From Eremomyces bilateralis CBS 781.70 (lineage: Eukaryota), in the NCBI GenBank assembly GCA_010015585.1, contig ML975184.1: DNA of 64,000 nucleotides, one strand, 5' to 3'. How positions within the stretch are numbered: the first letter of the stretch is position 1; every line of letters begins with the position of its first letter. Under the pieces are notes generated by a model. It had not been told where the DNA came from. It made no database searches and saw only the letters and a program-made list of their open reading frames with translations. A program made the translations under genes and the position numbers. Of the stretch, positions 13,001 through 25,642 are shown one piece after another.

Positions 13001-15805
13001 CTTAGCGACAGAGACAGCATTTAGTAACCTTGTTAGACCAATGGTCCGCGTCCACCGCCTCGAGGGTTCTGCTGACCGCTGCATTTGATCGGATCTAAGC
13101 AGAATTTCCTAATTAGGTAATGCTGAAGGGCGATCGTAGCGGTCGAATTTAAAACCTGTCCACTCCGCCGGCCAGCTATCTAGGGCAGCCTGTCGCCTAT
13201 GTCCAACTCCTTTGCCAACAGACATGTGGATCAAACCAGTATTCTCCCTCATCAGTCATAAACAGGGACAATGCTGACCAACCTCGTTGTACAGTCCCCG
13301 GTTTCGTCTAACAGTGCACCCGAAGTAGTCGAGTCATTGGCAATGCTCAACTGTGAAATCATTTCGCCATTTCAGCTTCGCGTGCGATGTTCGTTAATTT
13401 GCCGAGATGAGGCATTGCTCCGTCAATAATCCCGGTGCGGCAGATTCGTGGCCGAACAAGGCTGAAGCACTGATGACTTCGAAGTCCGAACCGAGCAACG
13501 ACTTCACGTATATTTATTATTTTGGTATTGCACCACGAAACCAACCACCAGTCTTTATGATAATGTAGGAGGCCTTCTATCTGCCAGTCGAGAAGCTGAC
13601 CAAGCAGGTTTTGTCATTCGTCGAGGATGGAATGGGATCGGTAGGCGGGACCCCTGAACTCACTATGCTGTTGTTGGTCCCTTGGCAATGGCTAGCATTA
13701 ATAGAGGTACCCAGGCGAACCACATGCTTTGAATGGAATAGCATGTAACCACCCGGTAGTAAAAAAGGTGGCGGGAATCGGGATGAACAAGGGACCTTTG
13801 AGAGCAAGGTTGATATCTTTGGTGAATGTCTTGGTTAGTGAATAATGATAAGTCCCCTTTTTCTAGTTCCTGACTATCTACAACCAGGGCGACGACTGAC
13901 GACGAACGAGAAATGGGAGTACTACCCAATAGTTCAAATTAGACTCTTGGGTCTCCAACGACGGTGGTCCTGTTTCTATTATTGATCCGCGCGAAGGATC
14001 GTTTACCATCGCTGAAGTCCATGAACGGTGAGTACTAAGTAGCCATTACCGCGCTGCCACGAAGAATGATTTCACATCGACTCGATCATGACCGTATCGG
14101 GGTCTGGACATGGTAGTTGGATGTGTAGCCGTGTCCTAACATGATCATTGAACGATCACACTTGCCCCATGCTTCTTGCTTTTTAAGGTGCGATTCAGTC
14201 TTCTCTCGAACACTTCATCGACTTAGATAGGTTGATTGATGAGCATGATGAAACGAGAATGCAATATGCGGGCACATTCCGCTCCATTAGTCAATAGAGA
14301 CAGTTGAGAGAGACAGTGCTGTCTAACAGGCGTCAGTGCGTGGCTTCGAATGCGTGCGGCCCGAGAGGGTTGGTATTAACTACTAACTACCTTAATTAGT
14401 TAGCGTCTTCACCTCTCCCATGGGTCGTAACTCGTAACCCGTTACTCTCCAGTCTCCACTCACTTGCTTCCCCAAGTGCCCAGTCCCCATGGACCAACGG
14501 ATCCACCATGGTAGGGCGGCAAGCCGACAACACAGTTGCACGCTGCAAGGCCTGCAATCAATCCAACCAATACGACTTCCGAGGTATGATTGCTAGCAAT
14601 TAGAAAGTCGTCCGGGCAGGGGTTCGATGGACGGCTGCGATGATAAGTCCGTTCCAAAAGCCATCACGCTTTTCCGCGTCGGCCACCCCGTCCAGCCTCA
14701 GGGGAAAGGGGCATGTCGCAACTCCCAAGGCTTCCAGTTTGAAGTTTTCAACGTTCAAATTTTTGCGATCGCCTTACGCCTGGACCAATTCTCGGCCCAG
14801 GCATGGAGAAATTAAATGTGGATGCTCCGGGGCCTCTGGACCACTGAGACGGGAGGATCGATAGAGTCGAACCTAGTAGAGACATCGGACCAAGAATGGT
14901 AGCCCGTAGCCGTGAGCCGTCCAGCACCCCTCAGATGATGAGCGTCGCCAAGAGATGTGTGTGGATTGGCTGTCCCGAAGTCTGAACATAAGCACGGAAG
15001 AATACGGATCCCTTTGAGGCCTCGGTTTGCAATGATAGGAGGATCTAGCTATTGGTGACATTACTATTGATGATGTGAATTCACTGAATATAATTTGTAG
15101 TGTAAGACCAGAAATGGAGGGGTTGAAGGGGTGAATTTCTCATGAACTTCCATGGTGACTGAGTCGTCGGTCGTGCATGTGGTATCAGATGATGTTTTCA
15201 AATGTGGACGTCGCGGATGATCGAAAGCCTGGCCAGCGCAACCAGCAAGTCGATGCCTGAGTTCCTCAGGCTGGTATGTCAATGAGATATCAATTAATCA
15301 ATGACTAGACAAGACAAAATTGATACAGTATCAGACATCTGATTCACCAAACTAGACCAGGCAGTTGAGTTTTCCTGTCGATTGGCAACATCATGAAGTA
15401 TTTCAATGACTATAAGCTCTCTCCCCGTGTTGTACTGTATCGAAGGGCGAACTCTAACTGGAATGTATTACCTCTCTCCCAGACGCCGTTCCCATGCTCC
15501 GATTCTGCTAATAAGACAATCCGACAATACCAAACATGCACCCGACACATATCCATCCTCTTTCCCATGATATCTTCCTCCAACAGGCTTGTATCGTCCT
15601 GCAATGTCCCGAGGCGGGATTAGTTGAGAGACGTACATACTGAAAACAGCTCTCAAACACCTACGACCTACGAGAGGCGTCGACCACCCTTCGTGTCTTT
15701 CGCAGCGAACCCATTATTCAGGCTCGTCCTTTCAGGCGACCTCGCACCTCTTCCGGCCGACGAACCGCCCACTTGATGATCCTCTCCATCATCCATCCCC
15801 CATCG

Positions 15806-18800
15806 CTAATACCCGCCAACCCCGACCCTCCTTCCATGCTGATTCCTCCTCCCCACCGCCCCAATATCAATCCGACTCATCTCCGCACTCAACGCCGCCA
15901 AACTCCCACCTGCCCCCTCCCCATCCCCCTCCAACGGCACCTTCGCCGGAATCGGCGGACCGGCATATGATGCTCGGTGCCCTCCGCCCTCATACCTCCC
16001 TCCCCCGCCTCCCACCGGACTCGCTCCTGCAGAGTGATATCCACCTGTTCCCCGCTCCCGGAGATACCCAGGGGGCACAGGCACCGGCGACGACTCTGCT
16101 GAGTGCGTATGGTGCCCCTGCACGACGACCATCGCGCTCTGCGGCCGACTGCGCTTCTGCAGTCGATTGCGTCCCGTGTTGCTGCTCGGCGCGACGACGA
16201 CGTCGGTGCCGGCGACGCTGTTGAGCACACCCCGGGCCGCGAGGGATTGTGGGGTGGACGAGGAGGACGCAGTGCCGGGGCGAGTGCGGGAGCCCGGCTC
16301 ACGGGCGCCGGTGAGCTTCTCGCGTTCGCGGAAGGGCCGTTCTTTGAGGGGAGCTTTGCGCTCGGGTTCGGGAGCCCAGGCGGAGATGGGGAGGTGGTCG
16401 GAGGGATCGATGGGGCGGCCGTGGGCGTCGATGATGGGTTCGGGGGCCTCGTAGGGGTCGTAGGCGGGGTGGGAGACGGAAAGCGGAGAGGGTTTGGGGT
16501 CGAGGGGAGCGGGGCCGGGTACGGATTTGCGGGATTTGCTGGGAGTGGTGTCGTAGTTGTTGGGTCCGCTCGTACTGGTTCGGAACGAGTCGTTGGGGGT
16601 GGAGGGGTTGGAACCGTTGGTAGGGCGCGCGTGGGGGTTGAACGCATCGTAGGAATCGGGTGAGAATGGAAGTCCTCCACGGCTTCCGGTGGAATCGGCA
16701 CTCTGAGGTGGTGGCAGCGGAGATACCGGCCGTCGGCTAGGGGTGCTTCGATTCGTCGGGGGAGTTGGTCGTCCTACTGGACCTCCCGAGTGAGGCGTTA
16801 CTGGGCTCACTGCTCGAGGCTTGATCAAAGGAGGAGTCTCGTAGGCAGACATCGATTGCCGACTGCCATTCGTCTCTGCTCCACGGTAATCTGGAACGGA
16901 GTTGGTTCGGCTTTGATACGGCACCTGGTGGGGAGGGGTGTTGAATGGAGATGTGCCGTGCGATCGAGGGTGTTGCAGAGGCTGAGCAGGCGGAGCACCA
17001 GGATACGTAGGCCGGTGCGCGTGCGGTGCAGCGACGTACCGCTCAGAATTATATGACGGAGGCCTCTCGGACGGTTGAGGCCGTGGCTGCGGTTGGGACA
17101 TCATGGTCTGGTCTCGCATATCACCACCGTTGTGCGATCTACTGAGATCAAGCGGGTTCACAGGATCCCCATCTTCCAGACGGGAAGCCACGACCCGCGG
17201 GGATACGGAAATCCTCTGCTGAGCAGCGCGTTCGCTGTATCGAACTACCCCCATCCCTGGAGAGCTGGGATCTTCGCCATCGTACGGGACTACCGGCTGC
17301 TCCATGGTATTTCGGTTGGAAATTCGAAGTGGAGCAGGAGCTTCGTCCTCCGGTGATGGGACATATGAAGCGCGATGCACCATGCTTTGTGGAGCCCCAA
17401 CTTGCCCTGGCCCGGTACTCCGATGAACAGGAGGCGGAGGTGGCAAGTCACCTGCATCTTCGACCGATGGTTGCATAACATCTCTCGCGGTAGGTTCCGG
17501 CAACTGTCGATGCTCTGGTTCTTGGGAATGATACCGACGTGGCCTTGAGTCCAAGTCGATTCCGCCGTATGCATCTACCTCCTCAACGTAAGGCTGTGGA
17601 GGGTAATGGGAACTTCGTGGTCGTTGTTCAGGAGCGTGTTGCTGCCTATTGTTTCCGTGTTCTTCAGTGAAGTGTCCGTACTGGCTTTGACCCCGCACTC
17701 GATTGCTAGAGTACGCAGTGTCCGCCTGTGGAAGGGGAGGCGGAGGTTGATGCGACATGTCTTCCTGAGTGGGATACTGCGGCGGCCGATAATGGTCGGC
17801 TTCTGGAGGGAAATGACCGTGGCCGAAGCCATGCGGACCAGATTGGCCTGCATCATATTGTGGTGGATTGCTTGGGTCGTGTGGGCCTTGAGTCGGGTAT
17901 TGTTGGTCCCAATGAGGCATTCCGGAAGGGTCGTTGGCGATGTACTCCTCCTCGTCTAGATATGGTCGTGGGGATCGAGATCGAGGGATGGAATGACCGA
18001 CCTCTGGACCAGTCACATCATACTGAGGATGTATCTTTCTCCGGACGGTTCCATTTGGGTAGTCCGCCGAGGCGGCATCGTACCGACTGTTTCTAGTGCT
18101 GGGTGGAGTCTGGTAGCTTCGAGGTCCGGAGGACGGATTCGGCAGAGGTCTTCCATGGTCCACGTCGACATTCGGAGACTGAGAGGCACTCGTGGGATTG
18201 GACGGGAGTGGTCGTCGCTTGATCGGGGTGTCTCGTCTGGGACCGGCAACTCCGGAGTTCACGCGATCGCGTTGTTCGTCGAACTGTTGCTCCGGGTGGA
18301 CCGGCTCCTTTGGTTTCTCGGGCTTTGGTCTTGTGTCGTAGTATGTGATCTCGAGTCGAACATCCCCGGCATATTTCCCTTTGCAGCCGAGATTCTGCCA
18401 CATATCACTCTGCCCTCCGCCAGGCACAACCACGTCGTCCAGGCTGACCCAGGCCTCGCCAATCAGTTCGGTCCTTTTATCATCGTTGAAGACGGAAAGT
18501 TTGAGGCTGTAGTAGTCCGGTGAATCGTGGACGGTAAAGCGTAGCTCTTGATCCCTATTCATGATATTAGCTAACGATTCGACTAGTCAGCCACGAGGAC
18601 TGCTTACCATTTGGGAGTTTGCCCTCCTCGTTTATCCGTCTCGGTTTTTTTTGCTTCTTTCCCTAACCTTGCGGCACAATATGGATCTTGCTTTCCCATG
18701 GACTTCCGGTTGGGGAGATTCTTTGCCCGGTCTATGATGACAACCAGGGTACCAATCTCCGGACCATCGACGGTCATATCGGAGTAGATACCTGCGGCAG

Positions 18801-18843
18801 GACGGCCATGCAACGATGCCACTTTTGACGGTCGTAGAGCCAT
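15806..18843 (-). CDS. C2-domain cytokinesis/ingression protein, Inn1/Fic1-like, with long Pro-rich tail
   Basis: IGTLVVIIDRAKNLPNRKSMGKQDPYCAARLGKEAKKTETDKRGGQTPKW|DQELRF...YAGDVRLEITYYD is an N-terminal C2 domain. Intron 18555-18607. PxxP-rich C-terminus (PPIPAKVP). Confidence 0.85.
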
Positions 18844-19784
18844 TGCGGATCAGAAAACAATGATCACAGTCTAGAAGGTCTGTGGAGGGTAGAACGAGAG
18901 AGATGAAGTGTCAAAGAAGCGCCAGAATTGATGGGATGGCCGCGTACGTGTGGCCAAGGTCCTAGAAAGAGTGGATATGGGGAATCATGGAGTAGGTCAT
19001 CTAAGTGAAGGTTGAGCAATTGATTTGATCTCCAAACCCAATAACTGCTGAAAGGGTAGAATGAAGGAATCTAGCAGCAAGAAACGAATGTACAGTCAGT
19101 ACGGAATAGCACTAGATGATAGCAAAGGTAGCTTCGCATGCTTGGGAAACGGGTGGTGGTGGCGGAGGAGGGAGTGCATTGTTTTGATGGATTTGTTTGG
19201 TGGTGACGACGTGAAGGTGGTTGGTGGGAGGCTGGATCCGGGATCGACGCTGCACGCATCCACGCGTCCCAGACGAGTTTCAAGATTCTAGTCACTTCGT
19301 GTCATTGGGGAAATCCCCTGCAATGATCATTTTCTCAATTTCTCAACAACTACCTACTCCGTTCAGCATCGTCTATTGCGATCTCTCGGACTCGGTAGTA
19401 ATCGGTAGAAATGGAGATGGTCGGTAGGGTCACGTGACGGGAGAGTATGACCAGGGTCCCTTGTCGTCGGGCTTGGCGCACATGCTCAAAATCACCTGAC
19501 TGCAGCGAACAACATCACCTGCAATTTATGGTCCAAGCTTGAGCGGTTTACATTAACTTAGCAGTGAGTAATTAGCTGATGAGCAGTGATTGGCTCATGG
19601 CTGAAAGCACGTGACCTGATCACCGCCATCCAACAAGCCAGAATTGCAATGACATCGGTTTGGTGATCTGACAATCCATCATCTCCATCCTCCATAGTCC
19701 CGCAAAAATTGGCCTTGCTGTACTTGATACCTCTCTCATATCCTACAACACATAACGTTCCACTCGTCGGACATTTAAGAAACC

Positions 19785-21040
19785 ATGTGGATTCTCGATT
19801 GGTACGTCCCATATCTTCTCACAAGCTCCCAACCCATCAAACATGGCGCATCGTCTAACGAGTGGATAGGTGTAAGTCGGCCCTGACCCCCTTGATCCTG
19901 CGTAAACCCGCGGTGTAGCTGCGCAGCAGTGTCCGAGCATCTTCGCGCGCAATATGAGACCAGGAAACTAAAGATCCGTTACGCAGTTTGGGACGTCCTC
20001 GCGTCCCTGGGGCTGATGAACAAGCATGCGAGTACGTCAACCTCCGATAGCATGATCCATGCTTCTCGTTCCCTTCCTTTTCACTGACCAGTCCCCCGTA
20101 GAGCTGCTGTTCCTCGGCCTTGACAACGCAGGCAAAACGACCCTTCTCCACATGCTGAAAAACGACCGCGTGGCAGTCCTTCAGCCGACCCTGCATCCGA
20201 GTAAGCTCAGCCCGAGGAGATATATCCCTACCATAGATGGCAAGAGGCTAACCCCGCTGGCTCGAAAGCATCGGAGGAGCTGAGTATTGGAAACGTGAAG
20301 TTTACGACATTCGATCTGGGTGGTCACGCACAAGCGCGGAGGTTATGGAGAGATGTAGGTGCTCATCGCACAAAACGACATGACCTAGATTCTAACTACC
20401 AGGTCTGCAGTATTTCCCCGAGGTGTCTGGGATCGGTAAGCAACCTTCTGCTGGGGTTCCTCGTAGCCCGTATCCCCAGCTATCCATTCCTAACCCGCCC
20501 CTCCAGTGTTCCTCGTCGACGCGAAAGACCACGAACGACTCCCAGAGGCCAAAGCCGAGCTAGATGCGCTGCTGTCAATGGAAGAACTCGCAAAGACGCC
20601 GTTTGTCATCCTGTAAGTGAACGGACCTTCCTCCGCCAAGCTCATAGCAAAAGCTGACCCGATGCAGAGGAAACAAGATTGACCGTATGCACCAAAACAC
20701 ATGCCCTGCGCATCACTCCGAGTATCCCTGTTGCTGATCTCCCGCTTTATAGACCCGGACGCCATCTCCGAAGATCAACTCCGCGCGACCCTAGGCCTCT
20801 ACCAAACCACCGGCAAAGGCAAGGTCCCCCTCGAAAACATCCGGCCCATCGAGGTGTTCATGTGCTCAGTGGTATGTTTGCTTTCCCATCCGTTCCCAGG
20901 CTTTTCACTCCCTTCAATCATCCCTTTTCTTCAAACCCAACTCCGTCTACGGTGGTTCGTCTGCTCATATCATTTCCCTACGATAGGTTCTCCGCCAAGG
21001 ATACGGCGAAGGCATCAGGTGGCTCAGCCAGTATGTTTAG
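19785..21040 (+). CDS. SAR1: COPII small GTPase Sar1 (10 exons)
   Basis: Spliced product [35 protein letters not shown]...DLGGH...GNKID...[15 protein letters not shown]. Introns: 19802-19869, 19872-19986, 20032-20101, 20201-20268, 20355-20410, 20436-20506, 20613-20667, 20685-20752, 20872-20986. Confidence 0.97.
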
Positions 21041-21620
21041 GTCAAGGATGACGCATACAGCATCATCTGCTACGCTGCAATTAAGTACCGAAAACCCCAG
21101 TGCCAGCGTGCGTGCATCACTCCCTTTCGTGGGTGACTACGGTATCATGAAATCGCCGCGTGGGGTCCGCCAACCCACAAATTCAAGCTCTCTGGATCCG
21201 GCGACAACGGTGTTGCGTTGGCGATATGATTTGTTTGCTATTGAATAATTACAATTCGATGATTGGGTCATTAGCGGCATCGACGGGCTTTTTCTTCGCT
21301 GCTGGTCTTTTCGATGGAGATCAACGGCGACGGTATGGCGTCTTCAGTTCTGTTCGTTATAGAGAAATGGAGAACGCTTTACTATATTATGCTGTGCTGT
21401 GCTGCCCTTTACTCCCGTATAATACGCTCAAATGCAGTAGGTAGGCGATGGTAGGATTGAGAACTATGACCTGGAACTTGTGCCATGTTCGGGAAGTAAT
21501 ATTAGTTTCATTTGAGGTTATGGAACTATGGTCGTTAGTCCAGCACGTATGATAAAACATGTCTAGCTAAGAGATATTTTCTTGCTCAGGACACGATCCA
21601 TCCCACCTATCGTTCACTGT

Positions 21621-24578
21621 TCACTGCCCCCACCTCCCCCTCCTCCATCTCCACCTCAACGTCACTGCCACCGCCACCACCGGCAACACGCTCACCAGCT
21701 CCCCCACCGCCGCAAACGCCGGTGGGATCCTCCACCCCTTCCCGCCCCGCACCTTCTCGAACGCCCCCGCCGCCCCCAGCAGCGCCACCACGTTGTACAG
21801 CCCTGCCCACACGAAGTTCAGCACGATGCGCCACCACGCCGACGCGCTCACGTCCTGCAGGATCAGCAGCCCGCGCAGATCCGGATGCACGAGGACGACG
21901 TCGGCGGCGGCGCTGGCGACTTCGGAATTCAGGGAGGTGGAGGCGGAGAGGGTACGGGGAGTAGTAGAGGCTATAGTTGTCGAGGTTATGGGTCGAGAGG
22001 TGCAGGATGGTACGATCCCTGACGCACCGTCTGGTTTGGTAGGGATGGAAAATGTGCGGCTCGCCGTGGTCCTGAGAGGCGGGCTGGTGTATGCGGTCGA
22101 CGACGGCATGTGCACACCAATGCTTGCTAGCCGCAGCGCGGGCGCGTCGTTCGTCCCGTCCCCGCAGAATACGACGATCGGGCCGCCTTTCGAGGTGCCG
22201 TTCCGGCGCCGCTTGGCCTGCGCTCCTGACGACAGGAGATCGCGGAGGTACTCTTGCTTCGCGGCCGGGGATGCTTGCGCCTTCACATACTGCGACAGGA
22301 TGCCGAGCCGACCCGCAACGTCCAGCACCGTTGCACTGTTGTCGCCGCTGACGATATGCACGGTGACGCCGCGTTTCTGAAACGCGCGGATCACCTCGGG
22401 GGCTTCGCGACGGAGAGGGTTCTCGAGGCCGTATACGGCGGCGATGGTGCCGTTGATGGAGAAGCAGAGAACAGAAAGACGCTGCTGGTGGATCGTGAGA
22501 ACGTCGGGGTGTTTATCGGCGCTGAACCATGCAGGATTGCCAGCGAGGACAGGCTTGCCTTGGTATTCGCCTTCGATGCCTTTGCCGGGGACAGAGACGA
22601 TGTTGTGGATATGGGCGGGTAACACACCGTGAGAGCGGAGATGTGTGGCGACGGCTTGCGAGACGGGATGTTTCGAGCCTTCGATGAGTCCAAGGAGGAG
22701 GGATTTCGGTGCTGCGGCGGCGAGCTCATCTTTTGACTCGGGTTTCGATTCGTTAGTCGCCGGTTCGCAACAGGCGTCAGGGCATGTGGGACCGTCCTTT
22801 TCCGCCTCTTTCGTCTTTGCATTCAACAAGTGCTCCGCAACGACGCTCATGTTTTCTTCCGTCAAAGTTCCGGTCTTGTCAAATACGATGTGTTTCATGT
22901 TCCTTGCATTTTCGATGGCGAGTGGATCTTTGAACACCACTCCCATCTTCGCCGCCACTCCACGAGTAATCACGACGACCATGGGCACCGCTAACCCGAT
23001 GGCGCAGGGGCAGCTGACGACCAGTGTAGCGATGGCAAACGTCAGGGCATTCGCTGCAGCCTCTCCACGAGACACCTTCTCAACGTAGACCCTGACAAGG
23101 AATTGAACCAAGAAAACGACGAGCGTGATCACAACAACCAGCGGGACGAACCAGCCAGCTATCGCATCGGCAATCTCCTGGGTGCGAGGTTTCTCGAGCT
23201 CGCCTCGATCGACTAGCGTGGCAATCTCGTGGATGGTGTTTTCGCTCGGAAGTTTGGTCAACTTAACATCCAGCGCCCCGCTGCGGTTGATGCTCCCTGC
23301 AATCACCCGGCTTCCCACACCTTTGGCAACTAATCTCGATTCGCCGGTCACCATACTCTCGTCCACTTCAGAGCCACCGAAAGTCACAATGCCATCGGTG
23401 GTGATTCGGGAGTCAGGTGGCACTCGAAAAAGATCGCCGTATTGCAGCAGTCGGGAATCGATGGATTGCGTATGGCGAGGATCCTCTTCGGAAATGAGGA
23501 GAGCGGATGACTCCTGCAGTGAGCGAATTGAGACCGATTCCGTCGCTCTCTGCCGGGAATACTCGCTGATGAAGCGTCCAAGCATTATCAAGGTGATCAG
23601 TAGCGTGCTGGTCTCAAAGAACTCTCCTGTCTTCAGCGGGTGTCCGCTCAAGTAATGGGCGAAGGCGACTACTGAATAGATATATGCGGCAGAAGTGCTC
23701 AGCGCGATCAACAGTGCTAGCTCAACAATTCGTGAATAGAAGAGATCTCGGAATGCTTTCGGATAGAACTCCCATGCGACCCCGCACTGGATGATTGTCG
23801 CCAGTGCAAATGACGTGCAATTATATGCCAGCGACTGACTCTTGTCCTCTGGAAGCGGAGCCCACGCCATTATCAGAACCGGAATGGTTAACATAGCTGC
23901 ACCGCAGAAGAGTAATCCTTCTTTTTTCACTTGCTTCTTGCCTGCTACGATCGACGGGTCTTGGTTCGGTGGAGCGAGGGCCAGTTCATGTCCGAAGCTC
24001 TGTTCCGCCAGGGTCCTGGCGCCGACAATGTGAGCGTCGAATGAGATTCGAAGGTACCCCTCCGGCGTTGCTGAAATGTCGGTTACTCCATTTGGAAACG
24101 GTTTCTGCGAGATACTGTAGTCCTCGTCCCGTGGCGGCACGACATCAAGGACCTGACCGTCGGCTTGTTCGAAAATTTGGTGGTACTTGTAGGATGTCTG
24201 CTTGTGTAGCCGAGATAGCAGTTCTCCGATGCTGAGCCTGCCGACATCGAGGTCAAATTCGGCGCGGGATAGGACCAGGCTGATCTTGATATTGCCCAGA
24301 ACTTCAGGAGTGCCCTGCAGAGAGCGTTCCAACTGCCTCTCACACCCTGAACATGTCATGCCTTGGACACTGATGACCACATGCTCCACAATTGGAGGAC
24401 CTTTCTCGACGTCTAGGCTGGCGCCATTGAAGGAAACAATACCACCATCCTTTGAGTTGCTGTCCTTGGATGAATGTCCCGAATGTTCCGAGCGTCCTGA
24501 ATGTCCACAGCATGGCGTGCTCTCCTCTACACTCTCCTCTTGGCAACAATGAGTCGCTTTGTCCTTGCAGCAACCCAT
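21621..24578 (-). CDS. P1B-type heavy-metal (Cu/Cd) transporting ATPase, Pca1-like
   Basis: HMA motif GMTCSGC, TGES, CPC, DKTGT, HP, GDGTNDAP and TM YN motif, with a Cys/His-rich N-terminus. Confidence 0.95.
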   Translation of the reverse strand: MGCCKDKATHCCQEESVEESTPCCGHSGRSEHSGHSSKDSNSKDGGIVSFNGASLDVEKGPPIVEHVVISVQGMTCSGCERQLERSLQGTPEVLGNIKISLVLSRAEFDLDVGRLSIGELLSRLHKQTSYKYHQIFEQADGQVLDVVPPRDEDYSISQKPFPNGVTDISATPEGYLRISFDAHIVGARTLAEQSFGHELALAPPNQDPSIVAGKKQVKKEGLLFCGAAMLTIPVLIMAWAPLPEDKSQSLAYNCTSFALATIIQCGVAWEFYPKAFRDLFYSRIVELALLIALSTSAAYIYSVVAFAHYLSGHPLKTGEFFETSTLLITLIMLGRFISEYSRQRATESVSIRSLQESSALLISEEDPRHTQSIDSRLLQYGDLFRVPPDSRITTDGIVTFGGSEVDESMVTGESRLVAKGVGSRVIAGSINRSGALDVKLTKLPSENTIHEIATLVDRGELEKPRTQEIADAIAGWFVPLVVVITLVVFLVQFLVRVYVEKVSRGEAAANALTFAIATLVVSCPCAIGLAVPMVVVITRGVAAKMGVVFKDPLAIENARNMKHIVFDKTGTLTEENMSVVAEHLLNAKTKEAEKDGPTCPDACCEPATNESKPESKDELAAAAPKSLLLGLIEGSKHPVSQAVATHLRSHGVLPAHIHNIVSVPGKGIEGEYQGKPVLAGNPAWFSADKHPDVLTIHQQRLSVLCFSINGTIAAVYGLENPLRREAPEVIRAFQKRGVTVHIVSGDNSATVLDVAGRLGILSQYVKAQASPAAKQEYLRDLLSSGAQAKRRRNGTSKGGPIVVFCGDGTNDAPALRLASIGVHMPSSTAYTSPPLRTTASRTFSIPTKPDGASGIVPSCTSRPITSTTIASTTPRTLSASTSLNSEVASAAADVVLVHPDLRGLLILQDVSASAWWRIVLNFVWAGLYNVVALLGAAGAFEKVRGGKGWRIPPAFAAVGELVSVLPVVAVAVTLRWRWRRGRWGQ

Positions 24579-25610
24579 GTTTCATTCTTGTTGCGTATCA
24601 ATATGGGTAGATGGGTAGCTGATGGAAAGAAAGCTAATAGGATCCAATGATCAAATATCTGACTTGAGTAGAGGCGATGAGATTATGATTTGACCATGAG
24701 GAAGAAGATAATTATGATCAAGTAGCTGAGAACATTGTGACAAATGAGAGCGGCACTGGGAGGAAAAGCCGACACAACAGGAAGCGAAGCCACTGAAAGC
24801 GAAGTCTACAACAACTAGACAAGATATCAAGACATCATCCAAACCCAAGTCCACAGGATGCTGGCGAGTTTTTCAATTGCGCGCCGTTCTTGCCTAAAGC
24901 GGTTCTCCATTGCTTCCAGGTCTCTTCCGTGTCGCCAACTCCTTTCCAGATTCCCATCAGGTGGGCAGAATGAAGTCAAGGAACCGGAAGGTGACACCAT
25001 CATCGTATGATCCGCACGGAAGTAACGACGAACATAGCGATGATATACATCTAGCAACACCACATCGGCGTACCGGTAAGGGACATGTTCAGTATCACTC
25101 ACTGCAACTTTCGTCTTTGGCTGCATCGACAGCGGCCACGTGCATGTTCCAGCAGATCGATGTCTGGTCAATCCGGCTGCATGTTCCCGGAATGATATAT
25201 GACTTCTTTCTTCGAATATCCGGTGTGGAGCGCCTAGCGGCTGGTATTTGGTTACTGATGTATTTGTCATAACTTCATGGGCGTTTGTGAGGGAGTCGGT
25301 GTGTAGAGCGCATCTGTATTCAGATCGAGGATATCAGATTGCTAAAGCAGGAAACAAACCGGGAGATGTGCGAGACGCGGTGGCTTTCCGCCGCTAATAA
25401 GACGTCTGCATGGTTCCATGCGGAGAACCAGCACCTTGGTTCAGCATCGCTTCCAAGCTCCTTCGTTAGGTGTATCTCCAAGCAGTTTTACCTTTCCTTC
25501 TAGCCGACCAGGACCATTCCAGGATTCTCCAGGCTCTGGATCCATCGCGATACCAAGGAACCATCTACGCGCTCGGATTGATTGGAAGGGCTCGGGTCGA
25601 CGGAACAATG

Positions 25611-25642
25611 GTGAGAGTGGGAGTGAGAGTGAGAGTGAGAGT
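25611..25642 (+). repeat. Imperfect (GAGAGT)n hexamer microsatellite
   Basis: gtgagagtgggagtgagagtgagagtgagagt. Confidence 0.7.

Noticed and set aside
19428..19616. CACGTG boxes in the divergent C2-protein/SAR1 promoter
   Set aside because: A common hexamer also seen near 6170, 43966 and 54048; no specific factor can be assigned.
24827..25270. 147-aa ORF upstream of the ATPase
   Set aside because: No recognisable motifs and no convincing splice link to the ATPase; it cannot be supported, although a uORF is not excluded.
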